A stretch of DNA of 63,663 nucleotides, the filler included, from Pseudovirgaria hyperparasitica (taxonomy: Eukaryota): the NCBI GenBank assembly GCA_010093815.1. It is 12 parts of 11 records of this genome, joined end to end, with 100 filler letters (N's around TTAATTAATTAA, not from the genome) between each part and the next. Parts side by side here need not be neighbours in the genome. Positions count along the whole stretch, not along the records: positions 22,557 to 30,646 come from ML996631.1; positions 30,747 to 37,291 come from ML996632.1; 10 more parts are not named here. One strand, written 5' to 3'. Below are positions 23,948 to 37,391 of the stretch, one piece after another; position 1 is the stretch's first letter, and each line of letters starts with the position of its first letter. The notes beneath the pieces are model-generated. The model was not told where the DNA came from, searched no databases, and saw only the letters and a list, made by a program, of their open reading frames with translations. A program made the position numbers and the translations under genes.

Positions 23948-24586
23948 ACGATAGAACCGCTGGAAAAGGCGGATGAGTCGAGGACGTATAGAAATCAAGC
24001 ACAAAGAACGCATGATGAGAATCACGATACCAAACTCTTTCCAATATCTAGACTTATCCAGCCGGGACTGTCTACCAGTAGCTCTACAAACCATGCTGCC
24101 AGAATCAGAGGTGACAGACATGGTAAGCTAAAGATTGTGAAGAACGCTATGGAACTGATAACAGTGCAGCTCCCTAATGCATTCATTCATATCGATCGCG
24201 ATATTCAAGAGAGATGTCTTTCGGTTCGTACAACTTTGCAACACTTTTACAGCCAGCTTCGCGATGCCACGGGTGAATTAGTTTCTCAAGTAGCACAGCT
24301 TCGCGAGGCCAATGCTGCGCTCGCCAGGAACAATGAGAGTTTGCTTAGGGAGATAGAAACGCTCCATCTCACGATCGACCCGGACTATCTTGCACAGGCT
24401 TCCGAGACTCAATCGTCGCCTACATCAACTGCGGGGTTGCAGAGGGTGGGACCTACCCTGCGTCCTCGAAACGGACGAAATCGCCCCCGCCAAGTTTTAC
24501 CAAAAATTCCGGAAGGCGGGCCGGAAGAGCCAGTAAAAGCTACTGAAAGCCTTGAGCAGAGTCATGTTAGTCTTAGAAGACCATGA
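23948..24586 (+). CDS. Hypothetical coiled-coil protein, multi-exon (5' end unresolved); paralogue at 50658-51295
   Basis: Intron 24123-24163 (GTAAGC..ACAG) joins ...RGDRH to VQLPNAF...; heptad stretch LVSQVAQLREANAALARNNESLLREIETL; frame open in both copies. Confidence 0.45.
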   Translation, partial: TIEPLEKADESRTYRNQAQRTHDENHDTKLFPISRLIQPGLSTSSSTNHAARIRGDRHGKLKIVKNAMELITVQLPNAFIHIDRDIQERCLSVRTTLQHFYSQLRDATGELVSQVAQLREANAALARNNESLLREIETLHLTIDPDYLAQASETQSSPTSTAGLQRVGPTLRPRNGRNRPRQVLPKIPEGGPEEPVKATESLEQSHVSLRRP

Positions 24587-24889
24587 AGCATGAGACTTGA
24601 CGAACTAGAAACACATGGGATAGGGACAAGACGACAGGGACGCAGCGTCATCTATTTAGTTTGCCGTCGTGGGAAATACTACTAAGAGACGCTTTTCTCG
24701 TCAAACTTAGCCCTTATACAAACAGCTGTCGATGGAGAAAGGGATTCTACTGTAGTAACTAGTTCCAACGGCGTTGTAAATTGTACATCTGAAAGCACCT
24801 GGACTTTTTTATAAAAAAGACTATTAGGCGAAGAATACAACAGCTTAGACTAGAGGAGGCACAGCCTGTAGAGTAAAAAATAACTCTAC

Positions 24890-25374
24890 TATAACTTGAT
24901 GAGATGGCTAGATGGGTATACGAAGAGTCCAACCTCACTGTATCCAAACAGCTTCTATCTAAAGAGTTGTCTGAGCGAGGCTGGGATCGTAAGCTATTGA
25001 AACGTATTAGTAGTGCGCGCTCAGAGACAGCACCCACTCCATACCAGCAGACTCTTACGTGTTCTTGGATGATGGATGGAGGCGTCGAGCAAGAGCACCG
25101 AAAGGACAGACTCCGACCATACCTACTGCCTGCCCTTGAGGTAAAACCCCGGGCGTGCGAGGACAATCATTATGGATAGTCTCGCGCTTCATACGAATCA
25201 ACAGATTCAGCCATATTGTACGATATACGCCACTGTGCTCGTCACCAACCTCGAACTTTAGAGGACTTCCTCCACATCGCCTTTACACATAGCCACGCCG
25301 ACCATTGAGCTCTACGCTTCTTTACACATGCCGCAGATGGGTATTCCATTGATGAGACGCTCCGGCAGAGGGTA
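24890..25374 (+). mobile_element. Degenerate Tc1/IS630-like DDE transposase remnant (inverted copy about 49795-50220)
   Basis: LDEMARWVYEESNLTVSKQLLSKELSERGWDRK resembles the Tc1/IS630 HTH segment; frameshifted PGRARTIIMDSLALH resembles the xPGxxSVIVMDNxxxH catalytic segment. Confidence 0.5.
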
Positions 25375-25824
25375 GTAGCGATTACTCCAAGATACACCAT
25401 ATAATCCCTATCTAAACACCAGCTGTGCTAAGCATCTCCTCAATATAGCAGTACTTCAGAGCAAGCCGCTGAGGAGCTGGGGTTGCTGATAGATGCTGGG
25501 AGGCAAGCCAGTTTCTCTTGCACGGCAGCCGCTTGGGCCTTATAATCCATTTGTTTTTGACCACTACCAGGCCTGCATAGATGCTCTATGTATAGAGTAA
25601 GAGTATATATAGAAGTATATATATTTATAGTTAAAGAAGTCCCCAGTCTCTATTCTAGAGTTATATCGCTATCTGGTCCCATTTAGCGGCAGGGCGGGAC
25701 CGGTATGTCTCTATTATGGGCCCTCGAACGATAAACTTGCACAGGACCTCTTTAGTGCCCACCGTCCAGAGAATATAAAAGGTCTTTGGCGAAGGCACTG
25801 GACGCTCAACACATCACAGCAGTC

Positions 25825-27645
25825 ATGAGCACCAGTATGAACACCAGCAAGGAGCATTCCACCGACACGGCTTCAACGCTGCTGCAGGCCTCGCAGCCTC
25901 CACTTGATACTCAAGAACACAAACCCAAGGCGCAGGCTGCTGAGTCTGGCAGCGATCTCCTCATCCCTGATAAGAACATCGAGCCACGTCAGCAGCGGAC
26001 CCCGTCTCTAACACCAGAACCAGCGTCAAGACCCAGCGAAGAGCAAAGCAATATCTCAACGAGCACAGCGCCGCCGCCGCTGCAGGCTCTGCAGCCTCCA
26101 CTTGACACGCACAATGACCAACTCAGGGCGCGCGGTGCTGAGTCTGACAGTCCTCTTTTCGTCACTGATAGTGAGACAAAGCCACGCCAGCAGCTAGCCA
26201 CGTCTCAGGCGCCCGAACCATCGTCAGGACCCAGCAAGTCGGATGAGACCATTAGCCAACCTGTAGCACCGATGACTCAAGCATCGCAGGCTTCTCATAA
26301 GAGTGCTAACTTGAAAGTTGATGACAGCATAAAAAGAAAGCGCATGAAAAAGGCCGAGCGCAGGCGCAAGCTGGCCGCAAGGACCTCGGACGACCTTGAC
26401 GATGGAGAGGCAATGGAAGTTGATGTGGATCTCCCACCAGTCCCCGAGTCCAGCGAGCATCGGGAACATTATAGAAGCATGCATACCCAGGCTTATGGAT
26501 ATGTCCTTGCATTCGTGCGGGATGAAGAAGCGGGCGCAAGATTGCAGATTGACAAAATCAACCAAGATATTCTCGACTACAACAACAGAGCACAGCTACC
26601 CAAAGAGCACCTGACCGATGGAATCATCGGCCACGANNNNNNNNNNNNNNNNNNNNNNNNNNNNNNNNNNNNNNNNNNNNNNNNNNNNNNNNNNNNNNNN
26701 NNNNNNNNNNNNNNNNNNNNNNNNNNNNNNNNNNNNNNNNNNNNNNNNNNNNNNNNNNNNNNNNNNNNNNNNNNNNNNNNNNNNNNNNNNNNNNNNNNNN
26801 NNNNNNNNNNNNNNNNNNNNNNNNNNNNNNNNNNNNNNNNNNNNNNNNNNNNNNNNNNNNNNNNNNNNNNNNNNNNNNNNNNNNNNNNNNNNNNNNNNNN
26901 NNNNNNNNNNNNNNNNNNNNNNNNNNNNNNNNNNNNNNNNNNNNNNNNNNNNNNNNNNNNNNNNNNNNNNNNNNNNNNNNNNNNNNNNNNNNNNNNNNNN
27001 NNNNNNNNNNNNNNNNNNNNNNNNNNNNNNNNNNNNNNNNNNNNNNNNNNNNNNNNNNNNNNNNNNNNNNNNNNNNNNNNNNNNNNNNNNNNNNNNNNNN
27101 NNNNNNCAAATAGTCCCAGGACTCCAGAGACACACTGCTGGATTATATGGAGCAACGAACTGCACCATCTGACTAGATCAGATCTGTGTAGGGTGCTGGG
27201 GAAGGAAAGTGCGAACAACGACATTAACACTCTGTGCAAGAAACATGGAAAGCCGACGCTGCACGAGAATGAGCCACAGACATCTCTCAGCCCTGGGGTT
27301 GACTCGTCCCAGCTCAAGATTGCAAAACCAGATTCGAGATCGATCGAAGATAGATTCCTTAGGTTGGAACAGAAGATACAAGAGCAGGATTCAATACTTG
27401 AGCGGATCATGAACGAGGACACTCTGTGCAAGAAACATGGAAAGCTGACGCCGCACGAGATTCAGCCACAGACATCTCCCAGCCCGGAGAGTGAATCTTC
27501 TACCAGTTCTCAACTATCAAAGGCCCTGGCCGGTAATGGGGTTGACTCGTCCCAGCTCAAGATTGCAAAATCAGATTCGAAATCGATCGAAGATAGATAC
27601 ATCACGTTACCGATAAGTCACTTTGATCAATTCTTAGAAACCTGA
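25825..27645 (+). CDS. Hypothetical low-complexity protein with internal repeats (spans N gap 26637-27107)
   Basis: Open on both sides of the gap; duplicated LQAxQPPLDT..AESxS..PRQQ units and LCKKHGK..PQTS..GVDSSQLKIAKxDSxSIEDR units; TATA-like TATAAAA at 25774. Confidence 0.5.
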   Translation: MSTSMNTSKEHSTDTASTLLQASQPPLDTQEHKPKAQAAESGSDLLIPDKNIEPRQQRTPSLTPEPASRPSEEQSNISTSTAPPPLQALQPPLDTHNDQLRARGAESDSPLFVTDSETKPRQQLATSQAPEPSSGPSKSDETISQPVAPMTQASQASHKSANLKVDDSIKRKRMKKAERRRKLAARTSDDLDDGEAMEVDVDLPPVPESSEHREHYRSMHTQAYGYVLAFVRDEEAGARLQIDKINQDILDYNNRAQLPKEHLTDGIIGHXXXXXXXXXXXXXXXXXXXXXXXXXXXXXXXXXXXXXXXXXXXXXXXXXXXXXXXXXXXXXXXXXXXXXXXXXXXXXXXXXXXXXXXXXXXXXXXXXXXXXXXXXXXXXXXXXXXXXXXXXXXXXXXXXXXXXXXXXXXXXXXXXXXXXXXXXXXXXXNSPRTPETHCWIIWSNELHHLTRSDLCRVLGKESANNDINTLCKKHGKPTLHENEPQTSLSPGVDSSQLKIAKPDSRSIEDRFLRLEQKIQEQDSILERIMNEDTLCKKHGKLTPHEIQPQTSPSPESESSTSSQLSKALAGNGVDSSQLKIAKSDSKSIEDRYITLPISHFDQFLET

Positions 27646-27780
27646 GGTCGGTCTATCCCATGACGCCAATCTAAATACAGCTCCGGCGTGAACCCATTCA
27701 GTCGAATCTAAGGGTTGGTCGTCCCGCTATACTGACTCAGTGCCTTACTTCATTAGCCGATCCGTATATTCTTAGTTACA

Positions 27781-28024
27781 CAGTGATGGGGGATTATGAG
27801 TTATACTCCGGAGTGGCGGAGTAACACTCCGGTGACATTCCTTTTACTCCGGAGTTAAATTTTAGAATTAGCTAAGATTTTACAAATAAATTATGAAGAA
27901 AAAGAATTTCTTACAGACAAAAAACGATAACTAGTTTTTTAACTTAATATCTTTTATTACTTCACTCCAGAGCGAGTCACTCCACTCTGGAGCGATCGCT
28001 CCTGTCGCTCCTCCCCCAACACTG
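27781..28024. mobile_element. hAT-like non-autonomous MITE (244 bp)
   Basis: TIRs CAGTGATGGGGGA / TCCCCCAACACTG (12 of 13 match); subterminal ACTCCGGAGT-type palindromes at both ends; AT-rich core; no TSD visible. Confidence 0.65.
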
Positions 28025-30243
28025 CTTTGTCGCACACCAGCCGTTAGCATGCTGCGTGCGCCCTGTGAGGGGTGGTGGAGGAAGAGTCTGCAAGTCCATC
28101 AAGGTTCAAGACTTGGCAACGCTTTAGTATTTCTTTACTGTGATAAATTTAACCGAAGGGAGTGTTCCTGTGACGAAGACACTCCTTCCGGTTTGCCCTC
28201 TTTCCCAGCTTCCTAGGCACTGGTAGGGGCGGACTTGCCTAACATGTGGGTCGAAAAGGATTATCAAATCAAATTACTGGCCATCACAGGGCGGCGTTCG
28301 TCTCATTCCATGTCGCCTGCCTCGACCAACCAAGCACGACTTGGTAGCTGCAGGGGTCAAACGTATCGTCACAATGGACGTGTCCACGTGGACCGTCGGA
28401 CGGCTTGACCTAATAGAAAGCGGGTTGAAATAAAAGAGGCACCGATCGAGACACCATTCGAGGTAGCCCCACGAATGGCCAATCTTTATTGGCCGTGCAA
28501 TCGCCTCATCCTTGGGCACGTCAAGCCATTGAACCCCCCAGACGAGATCATGATGATACCCAGCCAGTTGGCTGGAATTCCAATTCGTTGTGCAGGGATA
28601 TCCTGCATGGTGTGATTTGGCAGGACAAAGCTGCTCTTGGCGGCAATCCATGCGCCCATACATCGAAGCAATCTCATGCGGGATGACTTACTTTTGATCC
28701 CGCATACGGCGATCAGGGCTGGAACTCCATTTCGTTGATTAATCGCCCACTAGAATGGACACAAAAACTCCGTATAGGTGCAACCATTGGGTTGACCACT
28801 GCTTTGGCCCAGTAATTGGTGGAAGTCCTTTGATGCTTTCGCCATGACTACTATTCAACATCAACTTCCTACATCTTTTGTTTCGGTAGACTAAATACGT
28901 CTGCAACTATGTGGTATAAAACTATCCTCTCACAACGGCCTTACAAACCCCTCAACTTGGCGGAATGGTATCCGGATGCCTTGGGCTTTATGTCTATGAC
29001 GGACTGTGCGAAACCTCTCGGAGATCTTGCTGCTCATACATCTGTTTCCCAAATTCGTGGTGATGCGGACCTCGAATGGTATGTCATGTACGTCACGCGG
29101 ACTACTCGCGTACTGTTCGTGGAATGGTCTGTATTGTACATAGCCTATCATCCCTCTGTCGCAATCACATCATCGGCTACCCTATCTCTTCTCTGAACCA
29201 ATTTCAACTTCTTTGAACGGGGGCAAGTCTTGAATAGTTTTGGCGTTACGCGAATCGGAATGGGGTAATTCTGGTCCTGTTGGCCTTGTTAGTACATTCT
29301 CCCAGATGATCAGCGCCTTCATCTTACTAGCATCTTCAGATCTGTCAGCCAAGAGACACCGTCCTCGGAGTCACATATGTAAATCCTTTGACCGCGCCTT
29401 TCTTGAAAAGCACGCCTTTCCGAAGAAAATTGCCTTTAGCGTTGCGGAACTTTTCATTGACCAATCTTTGGTCCATGCTTACGAGTCAGGTAGGGCTATT
29501 TTGCATAAAGTGTTAAGTTGCGTAGTATACCCCAGGTAAAGAGCTCATACGGAGTGACTTACGTTAATGTATGCTCAGTCACTAAGGCTTTACTGAGCCG
29601 TCACACCTTACTGCGCCGTCACACTTTACTGAGCCACTACACTATTCAGCGCTAATATCGTTACGATTGAAACTGAGCCGTGAGAGATTCTGTACTGGTG
29701 ACTAGTCGCCAGCTGATCATGAAACCATATCGGCTTCCACCTGCTCTTTCCAGCGAAGAATTTCAGAAGTTCCCACGTTGAAAGGGCGCAGGCCCAACGC
29801 TGTGTGCCATTCACCTGTTAAACTGCAGTGATGAGGGCGCACAGGAAGCTCTCTGCGTGCCCACGTACTGTGGTAGGAGGCTCAGTGGGTTCTTGGCAGC
29901 GTCAATTCCGTAGCGGCTTAGTCGTTGGTAGCCAACCCAGCGGGGAGGAGATGGATAGCATGCTTTAATTTATAAGCGTCACCCCTCAGGCATGTTAAGA
30001 ATAAATGAAATAGACACAATAGCATCTAGCATCAAATACACCTGTGCGAAGACACAAAAGTTCAGTAATAGTCCCATAATGTACACAAGTCAGATTAGTA
30101 CCAGTCGTATGTCTTGGTCGAGCTCTGAAGCATGCAGTGAAAAGGCCCCGTAAGTCGTTCGGTATGTTCTGTTGATTCACACTTACAACCCACAGATCTA
30201 GCACCACGTGTGAACCATACAATAGAGCTTGGAACGAACCGGC

Positions 30244-30601
30244 AGAAATACTAAGCTATGATGGCAGAGCGTATCGAGTTCGATTCAAGCAGAGAATACT
30301 GCGTGGCAAGGAGCTTAGTCGCGTTTTACCCTTGATTCACCAGCTGCGTCTTAGAGATGGCTTCCCATGGAAGAAGCCAAGACATGTAGAGATACAGAAT
30401 AACCTATTGTATCGGGTTCGCTTGAAAGACCGAAGGACGGACCCAGGCAATCTGCACACGCAGGGGTACTTGCTGCACGACTTCTGGAGCGCCAAGCACG
30501 TCGAGGATCAGTTCCGTTATCAGCAAGGCATACTACGCTCCAACACGGCAGAACAGTCCCTTGAGACAGCACGATCGGAATGGCAAGTCGGATGCATCTG
30601 A
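30244..30601 (+). pseudogene. Possible chromodomain-like ORF remnant
   Basis: EILSYDGRAYRVRFKQRILRGKELSRVLPLIHQ and VEIQNNLLYRVRLKDR loosely resemble chromo folds; no ATG start. Confidence 0.25.
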
Positions 30602-30746
30602 CTTATCTACATTGAGGTCGAATGTTCGTGAGCAGTCGCTAAGTCGNNNNNNNNNNNNNNNNNNNNNNNNNNNNNNNNNNNNNNNNNNNNTTAATTAATT
30701 AANNNNNNNNNNNNNNNNNNNNNNNNNNNNNNNNNNNNNNNNNNNN

Positions 30747-30843
<97 letters not shown>
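30747..30843. repeat. (TAT)n microsatellite at contig start
   Basis: About 31 perfect TAT units. Confidence 0.95.
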
Positions 30844-30992
30844 TAGTTAAATATAGTAAAGTTTCTATATCGGTTTAGGGCTTATGTTACGTATTACCAT
30901 TATTAACGGTCATGGACTAGTCAAGTTTGATTTAGGTGTCAGTATATGCCTGGTACACATTACAGGGTCGAAATCTCGCACACAACGCCATT

Positions 30993-31647
30993 ATGGTTAC
31001 AATCGCGACCATTCAACCAGCGCCAACGCTCCCTTCACGTCTCCTCCGCTTCTTCGCGAAATACCCACCCGTCCCAATCGCTCGCAAGCTCGCTGAGACC
31101 GGCGCTTATGAGAGCGCAGACTTGGACTTGGATAAATCAACAGTCTCGACAGAAACCACTTCTTTGGCATTCGATACAACAGCCCTTACGGCAACATCCT
31201 CCTGTAAGCATTCTCGTAAAGAGTGTGATGGCTCTCTTCCGTACCGCTCGCCCTTCGCACCGCAAAAAAACTTCGTGACAGGCAAATGGCGCGGTCCGAT
31301 ATATGGTCTCCGTCAACAGGCCGACATCTGCAAGCTAGCGCGGGCATATGAAGTGGAAGACTGGTTACCATGGAGTATTAAGAAACAGGGCGAGCGCGAG
31401 AAGCGGCGTATTGAGAGAGGGCTACAGGTACGAGGTACTGGTGTGGGTCAGAAGCCAAAAGGAAAGAAATGGGAGAGACAGTTGGGACCGAAGCTGGAGA
31501 AGAGGAGACAGGCAATGCTAGAGATGCCACAATTAATCAAGGAGTGGAGACTAGTAAGCTTCTTATTACTCGAGGATTTGTGCGAAGGTGTGCTAATAAC
31601 AGTCGCAGGCTGGACGATCCAGAGGTTGGAAGAAGTGGCCGAAATAA
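30993..31647 (+). CDS. MRPL25: Mitochondrial ribosomal protein mL59 / MRPL25 (2 exons)
   Basis: LPSRLLRFFAKYPP, KNFVTGKWRGPIYGLRQQADICKLAR, GTGVGQKPKGKKWER; intron 31554-31608; exon 2 AGRSRGWKKWPK*. Confidence 0.92.
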
Positions 31648-31885
31648 CCGTCGCATTTGTATCGCTCTTCCGACTGTAGTTTTATGCTGCGTCGTTGGCA
31701 TTAGCACTGTAATGAGGTTTTTAGCACCATCGATGCGGTTTGATCAAGTGCGGCAACTGTGTTTATATAAGATCTACATATCCATTAAGAGCGGTATCAC
31801 TGGGTGACACAACGAGTCATGAATTTTTAATAACCATAAGCAAACATGGTACTAAGAACAAGTCGATTATTACAAGCCACGATGT

Positions 31886-34229
<2,344 letters not shown>

Positions 34230-34410
34230 TCATTCCATAGCCTCGGCGGTGGATGAGTCTTTTTCAGGTGCGACGTCGGCGAAGGCCTAGGTTATTATGC
34301 TTCTGAGAGTGTTAGACGCGGAGTTACGGAGGTGACTGAGAGGTGATCCGTCCTTTTTCTTACAACCTGAAGAGCTTGGCACTTGTGCGTGTACTTACCT
34401 CTGTTTCCAT

Positions 34411-36362
34411 TCTAGAGCTATTTAATTATTAGAATTCTATTACTCTATATATATTATTTATAATAAACTATATAAAAAAACTTTTTATACTCTAAGGGAC
34501 TAAAACTAGTTAATTTAGAGTAATATAGTAATCTATATATATTAATTAATAGAGTATACTAAGTATAATAACTTTTAATATATATATATAGTATATAATA
34601 TATAATAGTACTAATATATAGAGATACTATATATATACTTAAAAACTCTTTAGAGTAGTAAGTATAGACTACTACTAATAAATACTAATATACTAACTTT
34701 CTTTTATTAGTTAAGAGTAGTTCTTAAATAATAATTATAGTAGCCTTATATAATAAACCTTCTCTAATAAGGATGCGACTTATCCCTAAAGTAGTCCGTT
34801 CTATAGAGTATCCCGGCTTTTCTAAAGGTAAAGATACTTAGAAGGCTTAGAGAAGTATAAGTAGGTTTATAGTAAGTATTAATAGAGTATAAATAGTAAC
34901 TAGCTAGTAGGCGAGTAAAGTAGTAATTATATTAGTATAAGTTTAAATTAATTACTATAGAACTATCTCTAGAGATTAGGTCTAAAGGGTCTATATAGTT
35001 CTACTAAGGTCCTCTAATTAGAATACTTATTCTAAGTATTTAGTATATTACTTAGAATACTAATATTCTATTTCTAATTATCTAGTAGACTACTTAGAAT
35101 ACCTATTCTAAGTATATATAATTAGCTCTCCCTATAGATATCTATCTTAGCCTTAGATTACTATCTAAGGCTACCTATTATATTATAGGTACCTCTTCTA
35201 TATACTATACTATTTCTTATACTACTTATACTAGAGTCTATATATCCCCCTATAGCTCTAGCTAGTAATTTATTATATAATACCCCTTCTAAGGTACTTT
35301 ATTCTAAAGTACTTCCGTAGCTACTTATAAGTAAAGGGTTATTCTAACTTCCTTTAGTAGAGAGCCCTTCTTTCTTTTCTTCTATTATATCTAGAATTAT
35401 AAAATTAGTTAAGTCTTCTAAATCTAATCCGGTGAAATAGAGAGTTACTTTATCTATTTTAATTAATTATGAAGGGGATAAAATACCTTTTCCTTACTTA
35501 TTTTATAAGAAATATAGCTTAATCTATAGGGCGGTATTCGTAAAGTCCGATAAGTATTTAGAGTATATTTATTAGAGTTATTTAGTAAGCGAGTATAGAA
35601 TTAAGACTTTAAGTAAGTTATCTTATAAGTTCTCTTTCTTTTAGTTAGAACTAGTAAGTAATATTTCTAGATAAGAAGGTTTATTCTAAAAAGACTTATC
35701 TTAAGCTAGAGAAAGAATATACGGCCGCTACTTAGTAAAAAGCTTAGTAGAATACTTAGACCGCCTTTACGCGTCTAGAGTATCTAGAGAAATAGTAGAA
35801 GCTATTAGAGTATTATTAAAATAATATACTTTATTAGAATCTATTAGTAATAGACCTTAAGAAGGAGAAGAAGTAACTTAAATAATAATAGAGAGTTACC
35901 GTTAAGGAGGTTCCGAATCCTCCCTTAGATTTTAATAATTCTTAGCTTAGTATAGAGGACTAGACGAATCTAGATTTATTTAATAGAACTTCTATAATAG
36001 TTACTAGTACTTCGTTAAATATTCCCTAGGTTTCTAAGTATTTAATTTATATCTATAGCCCTTCTACTTAATTAGGTACTCTAATATTTTATTACTAATT
36101 CTAGATTCTAGAATCTTTTTAACTTTAAATTCTTTATCTATAGCTTTAATATTAGTTTTAACTTTTATATTACGTAGTACTAGTTCTAGTAATAAGATAT
36201 AAAATACTAGGTATATCCTTATATTCTAAGGTAAAGATAGTTTATAATTAACTTCTAAAATTTTTTATTTTATTTAGAAAGGTCTAATCTCTTAAAGTCT
36301 AGTTTACTATTTAGTTATTATATCTTAATATTTTTCTATATAAGAAATACTAGGTCTCCCCC
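34411..36362 (-). mobile_element. 3' end of a second Gypsy chromovirus (family B), heavily RIPed: integrase C-terminus, chromodomain, extra region, 3' LTR (about 34411-34755)
   Basis: Minus strand GDLVFL..KL..RPF..NYKLSLP..IYLVFYILLLE and KEFKVKKILESR; purine tract AGAGAAGG at about 34758-34765; interrupted at 36363 by a family A-like LTR; left boundary approximate. Confidence 0.75.
35492..35877 (+). pseudogene. Antisense Zn2Cys6-like plus coiled-coil gene inside Gypsy B (spliced; ends unresolved)
   Basis: PYLFYKKYSLIYRAVFVKSDKYLEYF = C-x2-C-x6-C-x9-C-x2-C if TAY codons were TGY; intron 35613-35670 (GTAAGT..TAG) joins in frame to KLEKEYTAAT..AFTRLEYLEKxxKLLE. Confidence 0.55.
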
Positions 36363-37291
36363 TATAAGGATTATAGACGTAGAATAGTAGTCTAATAGGT
36401 TATAGAAGGATTTAGGAATATATTTAAAAGGGTAGTCTACTCTCTTAACGAGGTTAATTTCTAAAGAGTAGGAATTAAGTATATGCGGCCTACTTATATA
36501 GTGGTCTCGCTTATTCTAGCTAGCTTACCCTAGGTCCATCTATTACGGACTATACTAGACTATAGTATTCTAGTTAAGTCTATTCTAGTATTAGCCCTAA
36601 TAATATTCTTCTTCTTTTTATGCTTCGCTCCGAAGTACTTAGCTATATATAAATCTATAATTCTATAAGCGTTATATTTATATACGCATCTAATTAAATC
36701 TATATAACGTTATTAATAGTCTTTATATTAGTAAACTTAAGCTCTAGTTTACTTTTATTTATATACGCGCTTATCCCTTACTTTATAGCTACTACCTTAG
36801 AGATAGCTCCGCGGGTTATATAACCGCTATATTAACTAAGCTTATATTTAGTTCTCTTATTCTAAATTTTCTTCTCTAGTATATCTACCTTACTCTTAAG
36901 GTAAGTCGTTAATTCATATACTATCTCCTTTAGTTTAGATCCGTTCAGATCTAGAGTAGGCTATTTTTATTAGAGCTAGTCCTATATAATCTATTCGCGT
37001 TATTATAGTTACTAATTTAGCTTCTTTAATTATCTTTAAGGCTAAATAAGTATTCTACTCTTAGATCTCTAGCTAACGTATATATATAGATATCTAATAC
37101 TAGTTCTATTTCTAAGTCTACCTCCTCCTCTCATAAGACTCGCTCTAAAGAGATTACCTCTACCCCGGCTATACTAGCTAAAAAATCCACTTATTATAGT
37201 AGTATAAAGGCGCGCTCTAAGTTAGAGAAGAAGGTAGCTAAGGCTACTACTACTATTACTACTAACGTAGCTACTAGTCACTCTAATCTAG
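36363..37291 (-). mobile_element. Partial Gypsy A-related element: divergent 3' LTR (36363-36602) and start of the antisense gene (37090-37291, + strand), nested in Gypsy B
   Basis: LTR similar to 1370-1607 in its first part and divergent towards the PPT; PPT; 5' UTR intron from 36901; (M)SNTSSISKSTSSSHKTRSK. Confidence 0.85.
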
Positions 37292-37391
37292 NNNNNNNNN
37301 NNNNNNNNNNNNNNNNNNNNNNNNNNNNNNNNNNNTTAATTAATTAANNNNNNNNNNNNNNNNNNNNNNNNNNNNNNNNNNNNNNNNNNNN

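Larger units (their letters stand above)
23113..25374. repeat. Segmental duplication; inverted copy at 49795-51822
   Basis: Near-identical ORF pairs (24137/50658; 23299/51636) and intergenic DNA, with copy-specific insertions. Confidence 0.92.

Noticed and set aside
26577..27431. Long X-containing ORFs across N gaps (also 22509, 39564, 48865)
   Set aside because: Length is an artefact of ambiguous bases
30747..30843. (TAT)n as a telomere
   Set aside because: Pezizomycotina telomeres are typically TTAGGG-based; this is a simple microsatellite at a contig break
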